This document shows, piece after piece, positions 42,260-53,550 of a DNA stretch of 64,000 bases. Location of the stretch: positions 14,120 to 78,119 of the forward strand of contig JBAYIE010000003.1 in NCBI GenBank assembly GCA_041665785.1. The letters run 5' to 3'. The DNA comes from Bacteroidia bacterium. Its GTDB lineage: Bacteria > Bacteroidota > Bacteroidia > UKL13-3. Every line of letters begins with the position of its first letter. Position 1 is the first letter of the stretch. The notes beneath the pieces were generated by a model, which saw only the letters and a list, made by a program, of their open reading frames with translations, did not search any database and was not told the DNA's origin. A program made the translations under genes and the position numbers.

Positions 42260-42799
42260 ATGAAAATCAGGACAAGCTCAATCCTTGTAATTTTAATGCT
42301 TACAAGTATTTGTTGGTTGCGCCTTCAGCCGGTGCATGCACAATCGTTAACCGACGAAAAAATGAATCATGCCATTGGCATTGGTGCAGGATTTACAACC
42401 GGACTGGGATTATCGTATCGCTATATGCCCGCCAAATTCGGGGTACAGGTAAACTTTGCTCCATTTACCAATACTGATGTTACGATGTTCAGTACAGGGG
42501 TCACCTTTTTATACAACCTGATACCGGGCAAGGTTGCTACCTTATATTTGTACCAGGGAAATCATTTCTATTATTTCCGGGAGATTCAATATTATCCTGA
42601 TCCGGTGATCAATGGTAACAGTACAGCCAATACACGACATTTACAATTGGACCGCTATTTCAACAATGGAGTTGGATTTGGCATAGAAATGCTGTTTGCT
42701 CACCGCATCGGGTTTAACTTAATGGCAGGTTATGCTGCTTATAATAACTTCACAGGAATAAATGTTACCGGTGAAACGGGATTGTATTTTAAATTTTAA
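42260..42799 (+). CDS. Small outer-membrane beta-barrel protein (OmpW/OmpA-like barrel)
   Basis: Trimmed to MKIRTSSILVILMLTSICW signal. Alternating beta-strand pattern, C-terminal …LYFKF. Confidence 0.6.
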   Translation: MKIRTSSILVILMLTSICWLRLQPVHAQSLTDEKMNHAIGIGAGFTTGLGLSYRYMPAKFGVQVNFAPFTNTDVTMFSTGVTFLYNLIPGKVATLYLYQGNHFYYFREIQYYPDPVINGNSTANTRHLQLDRYFNNGVGFGIEMLFAHRIGFNLMAGYAAYNNFTGINVTGETGLYFKF

Positions 42800-42815
42800 A
42801 GAGAATTATTTTATT

Positions 42816-43850
42816 ATGGAGCAAATGGAGGAGAGTAAGGATTGTCTGATAGTAGGTCAGGGGATAGCAGGAACGTTGATGGCATATCGATTGATTAGAG
42901 CCGGATACAGTTTAGCGGTAGTAGACCCCGGTCATGCACAAACCTCCAGTCGCGTTGCAGCCGGAATGTATACACCTGTAAGTGGAAAACGTATGGCGCT
43001 TACACCGGATGTGGGTAGTTTGTTGTATGAATTATATCGGTTATATCCGGAAATGGAAACATTTCTTGATACGGAATTTCTCCATCGTTTACCCATTTAT
43101 CATGCGTTTGCTACCGTAAAGGAGCAAAACGACCTGATGTCGAGACTGGATGAACCCGGATTTGCACACTATGTAAATGCCGATCCGCAACAGGAACCGG
43201 GAGTGATTGAGCCATTTGGCGCCTTTGAAGTGAAGGAATCGGGATGGGTTGATTTACCGTGTATGCTGGATGCATTCAGAAAGCATGTTGAAGAAAATCA
43301 TTTGCTGCTGGAAGAAGAACTTGATTACGATCAGATAAAGCGGGAAACAGACGGATTCTCGTATCATCAGATGCATTTCCGGCAAATTGTTTTTTGTGAA
43401 GGTTACCTGGTGCGAAAGAATCCTTTCTTCAAGGAAATGCAAATCATTCCGTGTAAAGGTGATGTGCTTGAAATCAGAAGTACCGAAGCACCGCAAAAAC
43501 GTATTGTTAAAAAAGGTTGTTACATGGTTCATATCAGGGATGATGAGTACCGGGTGGGTTCGACCTATGAATGGGGGCGCGATGATGAAGAGCCTACTCC
43601 TGCCAGCCGGGAATTATTGGAATCAAAATTGAATGAGTTGATGGAAATCAAATACGATGTATTTGGGCATACCTGTGGTATACGTCCGACAACCCGCACG
43701 CGTGAACCCATAATTGCCGTTCATCCTGAATTGAAAGGAATGTATGCCTTAAACGGTTTAGGAGCAAAAGGGGTAATGCATGGTCCACTGGAGTCGCTCA
43801 AGCTGGTACAGCGCATGATGGCCGAAGGACACTCCACAAGCCGTGTATAA
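42816..43850 (+). CDS. FAD-dependent oxidoreductase (DAO/glycine oxidase-like)
   Basis: Rossmann dinucleotide motif CLIVGQGIAGTLMAYRL at the N-terminus. Trimmed to MEQMEES. Confidence 0.8.
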   Translation: MEQMEESKDCLIVGQGIAGTLMAYRLIRAGYSLAVVDPGHAQTSSRVAAGMYTPVSGKRMALTPDVGSLLYELYRLYPEMETFLDTEFLHRLPIYHAFATVKEQNDLMSRLDEPGFAHYVNADPQQEPGVIEPFGAFEVKESGWVDLPCMLDAFRKHVEENHLLLEEELDYDQIKRETDGFSYHQMHFRQIVFCEGYLVRKNPFFKEMQIIPCKGDVLEIRSTEAPQKRIVKKGCYMVHIRDDEYRVGSTYEWGRDDEEPTPASRELLESKLNELMEIKYDVFGHTCGIRPTTRTREPIIAVHPELKGMYALNGLGAKGVMHGPLESLKLVQRMMAEGHSTSRV

Positions 43851-43905
43851 CTATCGAAAAGGTTCTTTGCTGAGCGATTAATTTGCTGCTTTTATACTGC
43901 CAAAA

Positions 43906-44904
43906 ATGATGTTAACCTGGACAATAGATCAAAAACGCCTCGACCTGAGTTACGCATGGAAGATCTCACGCAATACCAGCAATTTTAAAATCAATTCCAT
44001 TGTAACCGTTACACATGGAAAATGGAAAGGCATGGGAGAAGGGGCACCCAATATCCGGTATGATGAGACTCCGGAACGCATGATGTTGGATTTTGAGCGC
44101 TTTATCCGGGCAGGTGCAGCACATATACACGATCTGCACGAATTGGAAAATGTTTTGAATAAAGTGAATGTTTGCAATGCTTTACGCTTTGCCATTGAAT
44201 CGGCCTATATCCATTGTTTATGCCATGCTGATCAAACCGATATTTATACTTTTTTGGGAATTCAGAAGCCGGTTTCTGTTGTTACTTCGTATTCACTTCC
44301 TATCATGGAAGTTGGAGAAATAAAAACATTTTACGAAGCTCATGGATTAAACCGGTTTACACGCCTGAAGGTAAAAGTGAATGCAGAGAATGCATTTGAA
44401 CTGATCCGTGAAATACATTCATTTACCCAACAACCTTTGATCGTAGATGGAAATGAAGCCTGGAAAGATCCGGATGACGTAGTGAAGTTTATGGAATCGC
44501 TTCAACCATTTTCTATTGCATTGATTGAACAACCTTTGCCGGCAGCAATGCCTGATGCATACAAGATAGTTAAACCCCGTTCACCCTATTTGCTTTTCGC
44601 CGATGAAAGCATTTGTGCCGATGCCGATTTTGATGTTTTAAAACAAGGCTTTCATGGGATCAATATGAAACTGATGAAAGCCGGTGGCTACCTCAATGGA
44701 ATTCGCCTTTTAAATGAGGCGGTGAAACATCATATGCACACCATGGTGGGTTGTATGGTGGAAACCACACTAGGAATTTCTTCCGCATTTCATTTATGTG
44801 CGGGAGTGGAATTTGTAGACCTCGATGGTTTTATGATAGTTCAGGATGAACCTTATGGATTGATCCGGGAATCGCAGGGACAATTGCACCTGCATGGAGA
44901 ATAG
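43906..44904 (+). CDS. Dipeptide epimerase (L-Ala-D/L-Glu epimerase-like, enolase superfamily)
   Basis: MR/MLE family with Lys/Asp metal-ligand pattern (…KVKVNAENAFELIREIH…, …IVDGNEAW…, …LIEQPL…). Confidence 0.8.
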   Translation: MMLTWTIDQKRLDLSYAWKISRNTSNFKINSIVTVTHGKWKGMGEGAPNIRYDETPERMMLDFERFIRAGAAHIHDLHELENVLNKVNVCNALRFAIESAYIHCLCHADQTDIYTFLGIQKPVSVVTSYSLPIMEVGEIKTFYEAHGLNRFTRLKVKVNAENAFELIREIHSFTQQPLIVDGNEAWKDPDDVVKFMESLQPFSIALIEQPLPAAMPDAYKIVKPRSPYLLFADESICADADFDVLKQGFHGINMKLMKAGGYLNGIRLLNEAVKHHMHTMVGCMVETTLGISSAFHLCAGVEFVDLDGFMIVQDEPYGLIRESQGQLHLHGE

Positions 44905-44913
44905 AAAACAGCA

Positions 44914-45576
44914 TTACAGTTTTTTACTGTGTTTCAACACTTTTGCCTCAATGTAAAAGATCAGTTCTTCAGCAATGTTTTTTGCCTGATCGCCCACACG
45001 TTCCAATTTTCGAATGGCGGATAATGCATACAAAGCCTGGTCAATATTGGCCATGTTCTTTTGAATGTAATCAGCCAGGTTTTTATTGGCTTCGCGATTG
45101 ATCCGATCAAGGATTTCATCGCGTTTGAAAATACTGCGCGCAATTTCAGTATCTTCATTTTCAAATGCGGCTTCAATATCTTCCATGATCCCAATGGCTT
45201 CGTCAAACATGCGCAGTAACTGGGAAGATTCAAGCAATTCCACATCGAATATAGCATTGGATTCTACAACGAATCGTGCAATTCCTTCCGCAATATCACC
45301 GGTACGTTCAAGATTGCTGTTGATTTTTAAAACAGCCAATAAATAGCGTAAATCCACAGCAACCGGATTGTACAAAGCAAAATAATTTTCGCAATCGCGA
45401 TCGATACGCAGCTCCTGTGAATTCACCCTTTTTTCGGTTTGAATCACTTCCCGTGCCAGATCTTTATCCGATTTAACCAACGCTTCGCGGGCTTTGGATA
45501 GTTGTGTATATACCAACACAAACAGAATATTTACTTCCTGTTTTAAATGTTTTAATTCTTCTTCAAAGTGGGTCAT
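44914..45576 (-). CDS. phoU: Phosphate signalling complex protein PhoU
   Basis: Two PhoU repeats of about 220 aa, located downstream of pstB. Confidence 0.9.
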   Translation of the reverse strand: MTHFEEELKHLKQEVNILFVLVYTQLSKAREALVKSDKDLAREVIQTEKRVNSQELRIDRDCENYFALYNPVAVDLRYLLAVLKINSNLERTGDIAEGIARFVVESNAIFDVELLESSQLLRMFDEAIGIMEDIEAAFENEDTEIARSIFKRDEILDRINREANKNLADYIQKNMANIDQALYALSAIRKLERVGDQAKNIAEELIFYIEAKVLKHSKKL

Positions 45577-45607
45577 GTTTCGTATCGTTTGAAAAGGCGG
45601 TTAATGA

Positions 45608-46354
45608 TCAACCGAACCTTCCGGTTACATAATTTTGAGTTTGTTGTTTTACAGGATGGGTGAAAATAGTTTTCGTTTCGTCGAATTCAATCAGTGAACC
45701 CATATAAAAAAAAGCGGTGTAATCGCTCACGCGTGCAGCCTGTTGCATATTGTGCGTTACGATTAGAATCGTGTATTGCTTTTTGAGTTCATGGATCAGC
45801 TCTTCAATTTTCGAAGTAGAAATAGGATCCAGCGCCGAAGCCGGTTCATCCATCAGAAGAATGGTAGGCTCTACAGCAAGAGCACGGGCAATGCACAAAC
45901 GTTGCTGCTGTCCGCCCGAAAGCGCATAAGCCGATTTTTTCAAATTGTCTTTAACTTCATCCCACAACGCAGCTTGTTGCAAACTTTCTTCTACACGTGC
46001 CTTTATTTTTTTCTCGTCGCTTACGCCGTTAACACGCAAACCAAAAGCCACATTTTCGTAAATGCTCTTTGCAAAGGGATTGGGTTTCTGAAAAACCATA
46101 CCAACACTTTTGCGCAATTGATCGATATCTATTTGTTTGTTGTAAATGTTTCTGTCATTCACAATTACTTCTCCCTCTATGCGAACCCCGGGAATCAAAT
46201 CGTTCATACGGTTAAACGTACGCAGGAAAGTTGACTTACCGCAACCGGATGGGCCGATTAAAGCCGTTACCGATTTTTCAGGAAGTTTCAGGTTAATATC
46301 GTTCAGAGCCTGAAAGGTGCCATAATATAAATTCAGGTTTTTAGCCTCTATCAT
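45608..46354 (-). CDS. pstB: Phosphate ABC transporter ATP-binding protein
   Basis: Walker [18 protein letters not shown], and a characteristic PstB N-terminus. Confidence 0.93.
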   Translation of the reverse strand: MIEAKNLNLYYGTFQALNDINLKLPEKSVTALIGPSGCGKSTFLRTFNRMNDLIPGVRIEGEVIVNDRNIYNKQIDIDQLRKSVGMVFQKPNPFAKSIYENVAFGLRVNGVSDEKKIKARVEESLQQAALWDEVKDNLKKSAYALSGGQQQRLCIARALAVEPTILLMDEPASALDPISTSKIEELIHELKKQYTILIVTHNMQQAARVSDYTAFFYMGSLIEFDETKTIFTHPVKQQTQNYVTGRFG

Positions 46355-46359
46355 ACTTT

Positions 46360-47223
46360 CTATTTTAATTTTTTATTCAAAGCGCTACGGGTGTAATGTG
46401 CAATCATATTGAGTAACAAAACCAGAACAATAAGTACCAATGCAGTACCGTATGCCATGCTGCGACTGGCTTCCATGTCAGTTCCGCTGGTAGATAAAAC
46501 ATACAAATGATAAGGCAATGCCATTACCTGATCAAAGATACCCGAAGGTAATTTAGGAAGAAAATAAGCTGCAACGGTAAACAAGATGGGCGCAGTTTCG
46601 CCGGAAACCCTTCCTATAGAAAGAATAAATCCGGTTAAAATATTTGGTAATGCCATAGGTAATACGACGCGACGAATGGTTTGAATTTTTGTCGCACCCA
46701 AAGCATAACTTCCTTCTCGATACGATTTATCGACTGTTTTCAATGATTCTTCTGTGGTACGAATTATGACAGGCAAGGCCAATAAACCAAGCGTTAATGA
46801 ACCGGCCAGAATGCTATCTCCAAACCCAAGCGTATTTACAAACAAACTCATTCCAAAAAGGCCGAATACAATGGAAGGCACACCTGCCAGGTTATCGGTC
46901 ATCAGTTTGATAAAACGTTTGAACCAATTGTCTTTTACAAATTCGTTCATATATATACCCGACATTACACCAACCGGGAATGCAAAAAGCATACTGCCTG
47001 CTACCAAACATAAAGTTCCGACCAATGCGGGAAGAATTCCACCCTGTGTCATACCTTCTTTGGGCATAGCCGAAATAAATTCCCAGTTAACAACCGCAAT
47101 GCCACGAACCAGGATGAAAGAGAGAATGGCAACCAGAATTAATACGAGAATTGCACTTAAAACCCTGAACAGGTTGAATGCAATGGCTTGCGTAATTTTC
47201 TTTTTTGTACGTTGGTGGATCAT
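46360..47223 (-). CDS. pstA: Phosphate ABC transporter permease PstA
   Basis: 6 TM permease in the pstS-C-A-B order. Confidence 0.9.
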   Translation of the reverse strand: MIHQRTKKKITQAIAFNLFRVLSAILVLILVAILSFILVRGIAVVNWEFISAMPKEGMTQGGILPALVGTLCLVAGSMLFAFPVGVMSGIYMNEFVKDNWFKRFIKLMTDNLAGVPSIVFGLFGMSLFVNTLGFGDSILAGSLTLGLLALPVIIRTTEESLKTVDKSYREGSYALGATKIQTIRRVVLPMALPNILTGFILSIGRVSGETAPILFTVAAYFLPKLPSGIFDQVMALPYHLYVLSTSGTDMEASRSMAYGTALVLIVLVLLLNMIAHYTRSALNKKLK

Positions 47224-48431
47224 TAGCGCAGTCTGTTTCTCTTTCGTTTCTTTGAAATATAAGCAACCGTAATATTAATGGTAAGCGTAATCAGAAACAG
47301 GATACATCCGAGGGCAAATAATGCATCGTAGTGCAGCGAACCCTTGGCTGCCTCGCCCAATTCTGCCGCAATGGTGGCTGGAATGGTTCGCATAGGTTCA
47401 AGCGCACTGTGCGGTATTACAGCGGCATTTCCTGTTACCATCAGCACGGCCATTGTTTCGCCCACTGCACGGCCGATTCCTAAAATCACGGCAGCCGTGA
47501 TACCGGAAGAAGCATGCGGTATCATAACCCGGTAAATCGTTTGCCAGTGTGAAGCACCTAATGCAAGACTGGCTTCTTTCAAACTGCGCGGCGTGCTGCG
47601 CAATGCGTCTTCGGCAACTGTGATGATGGTGGGCAATGCCATAATGGCCAATACCATACTACCGGTTAATCCGGTCTCACCAACAGGTAAGTTAAACAGT
47701 TTTTGCACCATAGGAACCAATACGATAAGTCCGAAAAAACCATACACCACAGATGGAATTCCGGCCAGCAATTCAATAACGGGTTTTAGCATTCCGCGTA
47801 TTTTGGGATTGGCCACTTCAGCCATATAGATGGCAGTTGCCAATCCAAAGGGCAAAGCAATAAGGATGGCAATGAAACTTACCCATAGTGTTCCCAGCAA
47901 CAAGGGCAATACTCCAAATTGTGCAATAGGAGTGGAAGTTGGAAACCATTCTCTGCCACTCAAAAAACTGAAGATATTTATGTCTTCCGTTTTTATCAGG
48001 CGGGATTGTGTTGCAGCTGTCATATCCAGTTGAGGGATATAGGCCAGAATGCCGGGTGTACGGGCAATTATCGCATCAATTTTTTGAGCCAGCAAAGCAT
48101 TGCTTGTATCTATTCCAATCAGTTCTTCTTCGGGGAAATAGTTAAAGAGATCGTCCAATCGAAAGAGTATAATACTATCGGTATTTCCGCCAACCGTTTC
48201 CCAGCGTGTAATTTTCTGATCGAAAATATGTTTTACCTGTTCTGCTGTTAACGATTGTACCGGATTGCTTTGATGCACTGCAATGGTAAAGCCTTCTTCT
48301 GTGGGGCTTTTACCAAACAGCCCGATTCCTTCGCGAAACAAAAAGAAAACAATCAGCAGAACGGTAAGCGCGCTCACCATTCCACTGAGTGTTAATAATC
48401 CTTCCAGAAGTTTTTCGGTTATCTTTTTCAA
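47223..48431 (-). CDS. pstC: Phosphate ABC transporter permease PstC (long form with about 130-aa periplasmic insert)
   Basis: 402 aa. The C-terminal 270 aa is a canonical PstC permease. Confidence 0.9.
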   Translation of the reverse strand: MKKITEKLLEGLLTLSGMVSALTVLLIVFFLFREGIGLFGKSPTEEGFTIAVHQSNPVQSLTAEQVKHIFDQKITRWETVGGNTDSIILFRLDDLFNYFPEEELIGIDTSNALLAQKIDAIIARTPGILAYIPQLDMTAATQSRLIKTEDINIFSFLSGREWFPTSTPIAQFGVLPLLLGTLWVSFIAILIALPFGLATAIYMAEVANPKIRGMLKPVIELLAGIPSVVYGFFGLIVLVPMVQKLFNLPVGETGLTGSMVLAIMALPTIITVAEDALRSTPRSLKEASLALGASHWQTIYRVMIPHASSGITAAVILGIGRAVGETMAVLMVTGNAAVIPHSALEPMRTIPATIAAELGEAAKGSLHYDALFALGCILFLITLTINITVAYISKKRKRNRLR

Positions 48432-48439
48432 GAATAGCC

Positions 48440-49261
48440 TTACTTAACCGGTATAAATCCTTCAGCTAAAACAATGGCCTGACCTTCTTTAGATAATACG
48501 AAGTCGAGGAAAGGTTTGTTCATTTTAGCATTGTTTGCAAGGGCGTAAAAGTAAAGCGGGCGCACAATAGGGTAAGTATTGTTTTTAGCTGTTTTAAGAC
48601 CCGGGGCTACAAACGTTTTTCCCTGATCAAATGAGACCTGAATGGCTTTGGTAGTTTTCTCGATATAAGCCAACCCAATATAGCCTATGGCTCCTTTGGT
48701 TTGACTCACCGATTGTACAATGGCGCCGGTGGCCGGCATGCTCATCAGCGATGAGGCATAATTTTTATTGAGCAACACATGCTCCTTGAAAAAGTCGTAT
48801 GTACCCGAACTGCTTTCGCGGCCGTAAACTACAATCGGCATATTGGGGCCACCTACCTGATTCCAGTTATTGATTTTACCGGTGTAAATGGCTTCCAGTT
48901 GCTCACGGGTTAATTTCGAAACGGGATTCGACGGATTTACAATTACCGCTAATGCATCATAAGCGATGATGATTTCAGCAGCGCTTTTTCCGCCTGAATT
49001 TACTTTCATCTTTTCGCTCAGCTTCATTTTACGTGAAGCCATAGCAATGTCGGTTGTATTGTCTATCAAAGCCGAGATCCCAACGCCGCTTCCACCGCCT
49101 GTTACGGTAATGCGTGCCGTTTTGTTTTTCTTCATATATACCTCGGCTTCTTTTTGAGCCAGCGGCAATACGGTATCGCTACCTTTAATCTTTTGTGCAA
49201 ATGCTGTACCGCAAAGCAGGGTTGCGGTTAATGCGATAACAATGTTTTTTTTCATATTCAT
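48440..49261 (-). CDS. pstS: Phosphate ABC transporter substrate-binding protein PstS
   Basis: Signal peptide plus PBP-like fold (…SGSGTYDFF…). Confidence 0.88.
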   Translation of the reverse strand: MNMKKNIVIALTATLLCGTAFAQKIKGSDTVLPLAQKEAEVYMKKNKTARITVTGGGSGVGISALIDNTTDIAMASRKMKLSEKMKVNSGGKSAAEIIIAYDALAVIVNPSNPVSKLTREQLEAIYTGKINNWNQVGGPNMPIVVYGRESSSGTYDFFKEHVLLNKNYASSLMSMPATGAIVQSVSQTKGAIGYIGLAYIEKTTKAIQVSFDQGKTFVAPGLKTAKNNTYPIVRPLYFYALANNAKMNKPFLDFVLSKEGQAIVLAEGFIPVK

Positions 49262-49443
49262 TTCTTCGCTGCAAAGTTGATACTCCCATGTTATGAGTAT
49301 GTTTTGGCTATATTAAGTTTGTGTTAATTGATGCTTTTTTAAAACAGAGATGACAAAGCAACCTCTGGCATATAGTCAAAGCTTTGATAACTAACCGCAA
49401 CATGGCAGTTGAATGAATAAAACGGATCCGAAAGAGTGGGGGG

Positions 49444-50844
49444 TTAAAGTATGGCGCGCAAGGTCAGAAACAAGGCTCCGGAAACAATGATGGTTACAGG
49501 TAAGGTTAAAATCCAGGCGATAAAAATATTTTTGATCGTTTTACCCTGTAAGTTTTTAATCCCTTTACTGGCAACCATGCTGCCTGCTACACCTGAAGAT
49601 AAAACCTGGGTTGTACTTACCGGAAGTCCAAGCCAGGTCGACAAGCTGATGGTTCCAGCCGCAACCAGTTCAGAAGAAGCACCTTGCGCATAGGTGAGGT
49701 GCTGTTTTCCTATTTTTTCGCCGATGGTTTTAACAATGCGTTTCCAACCCACCATGGTACCAATTCCTAAAGAAATGGAAATAATCAGGATAACCCAATA
49801 TGGCGCGTAATCGGTTAAGGACTTCAGTTTATCAACCGAATGCTTGAAAGCTTTTTTGTCTCTTGCGCTCAGGTTGATATTTTCACTTTCCAACAATTTT
49901 TTGGCAGATTTCCCCAACATGATGATGTCTTTGCGAACTATGAATTGTTCATCGTCGCGGAAGGCTAAAAAGCTGTTAGCTACCGATACTTTTGATTCCA
50001 GTTCATTGATCAGCATATCCACTTTGGCAAATTCAAAACTATCGGCGGCATTCAGTTGATTAACATCTATGCGGTTCAGGATGATGCGGGTTTCTGAAAT
50101 TTTATTCCTGTAATCCGCTACATTCTGCGAATGATCAATAGCAAAATAACCGGGAACCATGGCGATCAAAATGAGCATCATCAGTCCAACTCCTTTTTGC
50201 CCATCGTTTGAACCATGCGAAAAACTTACACCGGTACAGGTTACCAGCAAAATGGCACGGATCCAGAAGGGTGGAGGTGAAGTGGTATCGGGTTCTTTAA
50301 AGATGGCTTTCTTTTTTACCACCTGACGTAAAACATACATGAGCAGGATAGCTAAACTGAATCCTACCAATGGTGAAAGCAATAACGACATTCCTATATT
50401 ACTGGCTTTCGACCAGTTTACATAGCTACCGCTTTTCTCGGCAATAAACGAGAATGCCAGTCCTACACCCAGTATGGATCCAACCAGTGTATGCGAGCTG
50501 GAGCATGGAATACCCAGGTACCAGGTTCCAAGATTCCAAACGATAGCTGTTATTAATAGCGATAAAATAAGGGCAACGTTGTGGCCTATGTCCGGATCGG
50601 TTAATACTTCTGTGGGCAGCATATTGCTGATGCCCATCGCTACGGCAATTCCGCCTGCAAATACACCGATAGAATTCCATATTCCCGACCAGATTACCGC
50701 CACCCAGGGTTTGAGTGAGTTAGTATAGATAACTGTAGCCACAGCATTGGCCGTATCGTGAAAGCCGTTGATGAATTCAAATACGCACGCCAGAAGAATA
50801 CAGAATATGAGGAGGGCCGTCAGGGAGGGGTCTAATCCAAACAT
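49444..50844 (-). CDS. Inorganic phosphate transporter, PiT family (with large cytoplasmic loop)
   Basis: PHO4 signature GFHDTANAVATVIY near the N-terminus and repeated in the C-terminal half. Confidence 0.88.
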   Translation of the reverse strand: MFGLDPSLTALLIFCILLACVFEFINGFHDTANAVATVIYTNSLKPWVAVIWSGIWNSIGVFAGGIAVAMGISNMLPTEVLTDPDIGHNVALILSLLITAIVWNLGTWYLGIPCSSSHTLVGSILGVGLAFSFIAEKSGSYVNWSKASNIGMSLLLSPLVGFSLAILLMYVLRQVVKKKAIFKEPDTTSPPPFWIRAILLVTCTGVSFSHGSNDGQKGVGLMMLILIAMVPGYFAIDHSQNVADYRNKISETRIILNRIDVNQLNAADSFEFAKVDMLINELESKVSVANSFLAFRDDEQFIVRKDIIMLGKSAKKLLESENINLSARDKKAFKHSVDKLKSLTDYAPYWVILIISISLGIGTMVGWKRIVKTIGEKIGKQHLTYAQGASSELVAAGTISLSTWLGLPVSTTQVLSSGVAGSMVASKGIKNLQGKTIKNIFIAWILTLPVTIIVSGALFLTLRAIL

Positions 50845-51167
50845 AAAATAGGTTTAATGCAAAAGTTGTCGTTGAGACGGTAGCAAGGTAATGAAATATT
50901 GATTTATGAAAAAAAAATCAATCAAGGAGTCTTAAACAGGTTAATTTCAACTGCATTGAAAAATACTCTTAAGTATTCATTATCAAACTAATGTGAACAT
51001 TTATAGGCTATAAAAAGGGTCAATGTTAAATCATTATTAAGTCAGGTAAAAGCTATTATACCGGATTTGCTAAGCCTCTTTTAATCGATTTACCGCTTAT
51101 CAAAGTTTGATTACCAAATTCGCTTCAAAATGGATAGTTTCGCAACCGTTATTAATCAACAATCTAT

Positions 51168-53303
51168 ATGAAAAAATTTCTTCTCGGCCTCTTTGTCTTA
51201 AGTTCAATGTTTCAGTTTGCCGCAAAGGCAGATGAAGGCATGTGGTTACCCATGCTCCTGAAACAATACAATTACGAAAAGATGAAGCAATTGGGGCTTA
51301 AATTAACCCCTGAACAATTGTACGATGTAAATAACTCAAGTTTAAAAGACGCCATTGTTTGGTTCAATGGAGGATGTACCGGTGAAATCATTTCATCGCA
51401 GGGTTTGGTTTTAACCAATCATCATTGCGGATATGATGCGATTGCATCACTTTCAACTCCGCAAGACAATATTCTGGATAACGGATTTTGGGCCAAGTCG
51501 CTTGAACAAGAAAGAGCGAAAGCGGGAATGTGGGTGTCGATTGTACAGCGTATGGACGATGTAACGGATAAAGTTCTGGCTGAATTAAAAGGAGTGGATG
51601 AAAAAGATCGCGCTGCGAAACTGCAGACTATTTATAAAAAGCTTACAGATGAGGCAGTGAAAGGTACACATTACGAGGCATCGGTACGCGAGATGTTTAA
51701 AGGCAATGCATATTACCTGTTCATTTTCGAAAAATTTACCGATATCCGCCTTGTGGGTACTCCTCCGCAAAGCATTGGTAAATTTGGTGGCGACCCCGAC
51801 AACTGGGTATGGCCCCGTCATACCGGCGATTTCAGCATGTTCCGTATTTATGCCAACAAAGACAATAAACCGGCTGCATATTCTACCGAAAATGTTCCTT
51901 ACAAACCGAAACATTCACTTCCTGTTTCTATTAAAGGGGTGAAAGAAGGCGATTATGCCATGATTTACGGTTTCCCCGGAAGAACCAACCGTTACGAGTT
52001 TTCGCAAGGCATTGAACTTGCACAAAATACCATCAATCCAACCATTGTGAACCTGCGCGATATTCGCCTGAAAGCATGGAAAGAAGTGATGAATAAAAGC
52101 GAAAAAGATCGTTTGACACTATCATCTCAATATGCATCCGTTGCCAACTACTGGAAATACTTCATTGGTCAAACCGAGCAATTGAAACGATTGAAAGTAG
52201 TAGAATTTAAAAAAGAACAGGAAGAAAAATTCAAACAATGGAGTGCTTCAAAACCGGAATACAATGAAGTGCTGACGAATGTGACAAAGGCGTATGATGG
52301 ATATGGAGCAGCAGCCTTACAACGAATCTATTTCTCAGAAGGAATTATGGGCATTCACCTGTTTCAGTTGGCCATCAGCCTCAACGGATATGAAACAGCA
52401 AAAGATACTGCTGCTTCCAACAAGAGTATTGCTGCAATGAAGAAAAATCTGGACCGCTTTTACGAACGTTTTTTTCCGGTTGCAGATCAAAAAATTATGC
52501 AACAAATTCTGCTGATGTATATGATAAATATTCCAAAGGATCAGCATGCTTCGGTAATGGCTACTATCCTTAAAAAAGGCAAAACTCCTGAAGCAGCCAT
52601 TGAAAAATATGCAACCGAAGCTTATGCGAAAAGCATGTTTGCATCCAAAGAAAAGTTGGCAGCTTTTTTAAACAAGCCAAGTGTAAAAGTATTGCAAAAA
52701 GACCTCGTGTATCAGGCGGCTGCTTCCTTTTATAACCATTATCTCAATAACTATAAACCGAAAATTGATGCCTTTATGGCCGCCACCGGTAAAGAAGGAC
52801 GCGTATACATGAAGGGTTTAATGGAAATGCAACCAAACATTACCTTTTATCCTGATGCCAACTCGTCGTTACGTTTAACATACGGAAGCGTACAATCCTA
52901 TAATCCAAAAGATGCCGTGCATTACGATTTTATCACAACCCTCGACGGTGTTTTGGAAAAATACGATCCGACCGATTTTGAATTCAATGCACCCCAACGT
53001 TTGCTTGACCTCTATGCCCGGAAAAATTTCGGACGTTATAAACTGGCCGATGGCCGCATGCCGGTTGGATTTATTACCAACAACGATATCACGGGAGGAA
53101 ACAGTGGTAGTCCGGTTATTAATGGAGATGGACAGTTGATTGGCCTTGCTTTTGACGGTAACTGGGAAGCCATGAGCGGCGATATTGTTTTTGATGCCAA
53201 ATACAAACGCACCATCAATGTAGATATCCGTTATGTGTTGTTCCTCATCGATAAATACGGTGAAGCTTCAAACATCATCAACGAATTGAAGGTAGTAGAG
53301 TAA
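51168..53303 (+). CDS. S46 family dipeptidyl-peptidase (DPP7/DPP11-like)
   Basis: Signal peptide, N-terminal DEGMWLP, catalytic His region TNHHCG, Ser region GGNSGSP. Confidence 0.85.
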   Translation: MKKFLLGLFVLSSMFQFAAKADEGMWLPMLLKQYNYEKMKQLGLKLTPEQLYDVNNSSLKDAIVWFNGGCTGEIISSQGLVLTNHHCGYDAIASLSTPQDNILDNGFWAKSLEQERAKAGMWVSIVQRMDDVTDKVLAELKGVDEKDRAAKLQTIYKKLTDEAVKGTHYEASVREMFKGNAYYLFIFEKFTDIRLVGTPPQSIGKFGGDPDNWVWPRHTGDFSMFRIYANKDNKPAAYSTENVPYKPKHSLPVSIKGVKEGDYAMIYGFPGRTNRYEFSQGIELAQNTINPTIVNLRDIRLKAWKEVMNKSEKDRLTLSSQYASVANYWKYFIGQTEQLKRLKVVEFKKEQEEKFKQWSASKPEYNEVLTNVTKAYDGYGAAALQRIYFSEGIMGIHLFQLAISLNGYETAKDTAASNKSIAAMKKNLDRFYERFFPVADQKIMQQILLMYMINIPKDQHASVMATILKKGKTPEAAIEKYATEAYAKSMFASKEKLAAFLNKPSVKVLQKDLVYQAAASFYNHYLNNYKPKIDAFMAATGKEGRVYMKGLMEMQPNITFYPDANSSLRLTYGSVQSYNPKDAVHYDFITTLDGVLEKYDPTDFEFNAPQRLLDLYARKNFGRYKLADGRMPVGFITNNDITGGNSGSPVINGDGQLIGLAFDGNWEAMSGDIVFDAKYKRTINVDIRYVLFLIDKYGEASNIINELKVVE

Positions 53304-53320
53304 TTCTGAACTTTTTATGC

Positions 53321-53360
53321 AAAAGCCCTGTACGTGTAGCGTGCAGGGCTTTTGTTGTTT
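53321..53360. terminator. Bidirectional terminator after the S46 peptidase gene
   Basis: aaaa-gccctg…cagggc-ttttgttgttt hairpin. Confidence 0.65.
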
Positions 53361-53550
53361 AAAGAGCATTTGATTTTTACAAGTGTTCGCAAATCTTATG
53401 CTAAACAGTATGCAGCTCAATTTAGATAGGGTATGCTTCAGTATCTTAAGTAATACAGGACCAAAGTAACTTATTTAGGATTGGATTGAATTTTGAGCCG
53501 TCGAATCCGTATTTTCGCACCTCATTTTAGAACAGTCAGGACCACCATTC

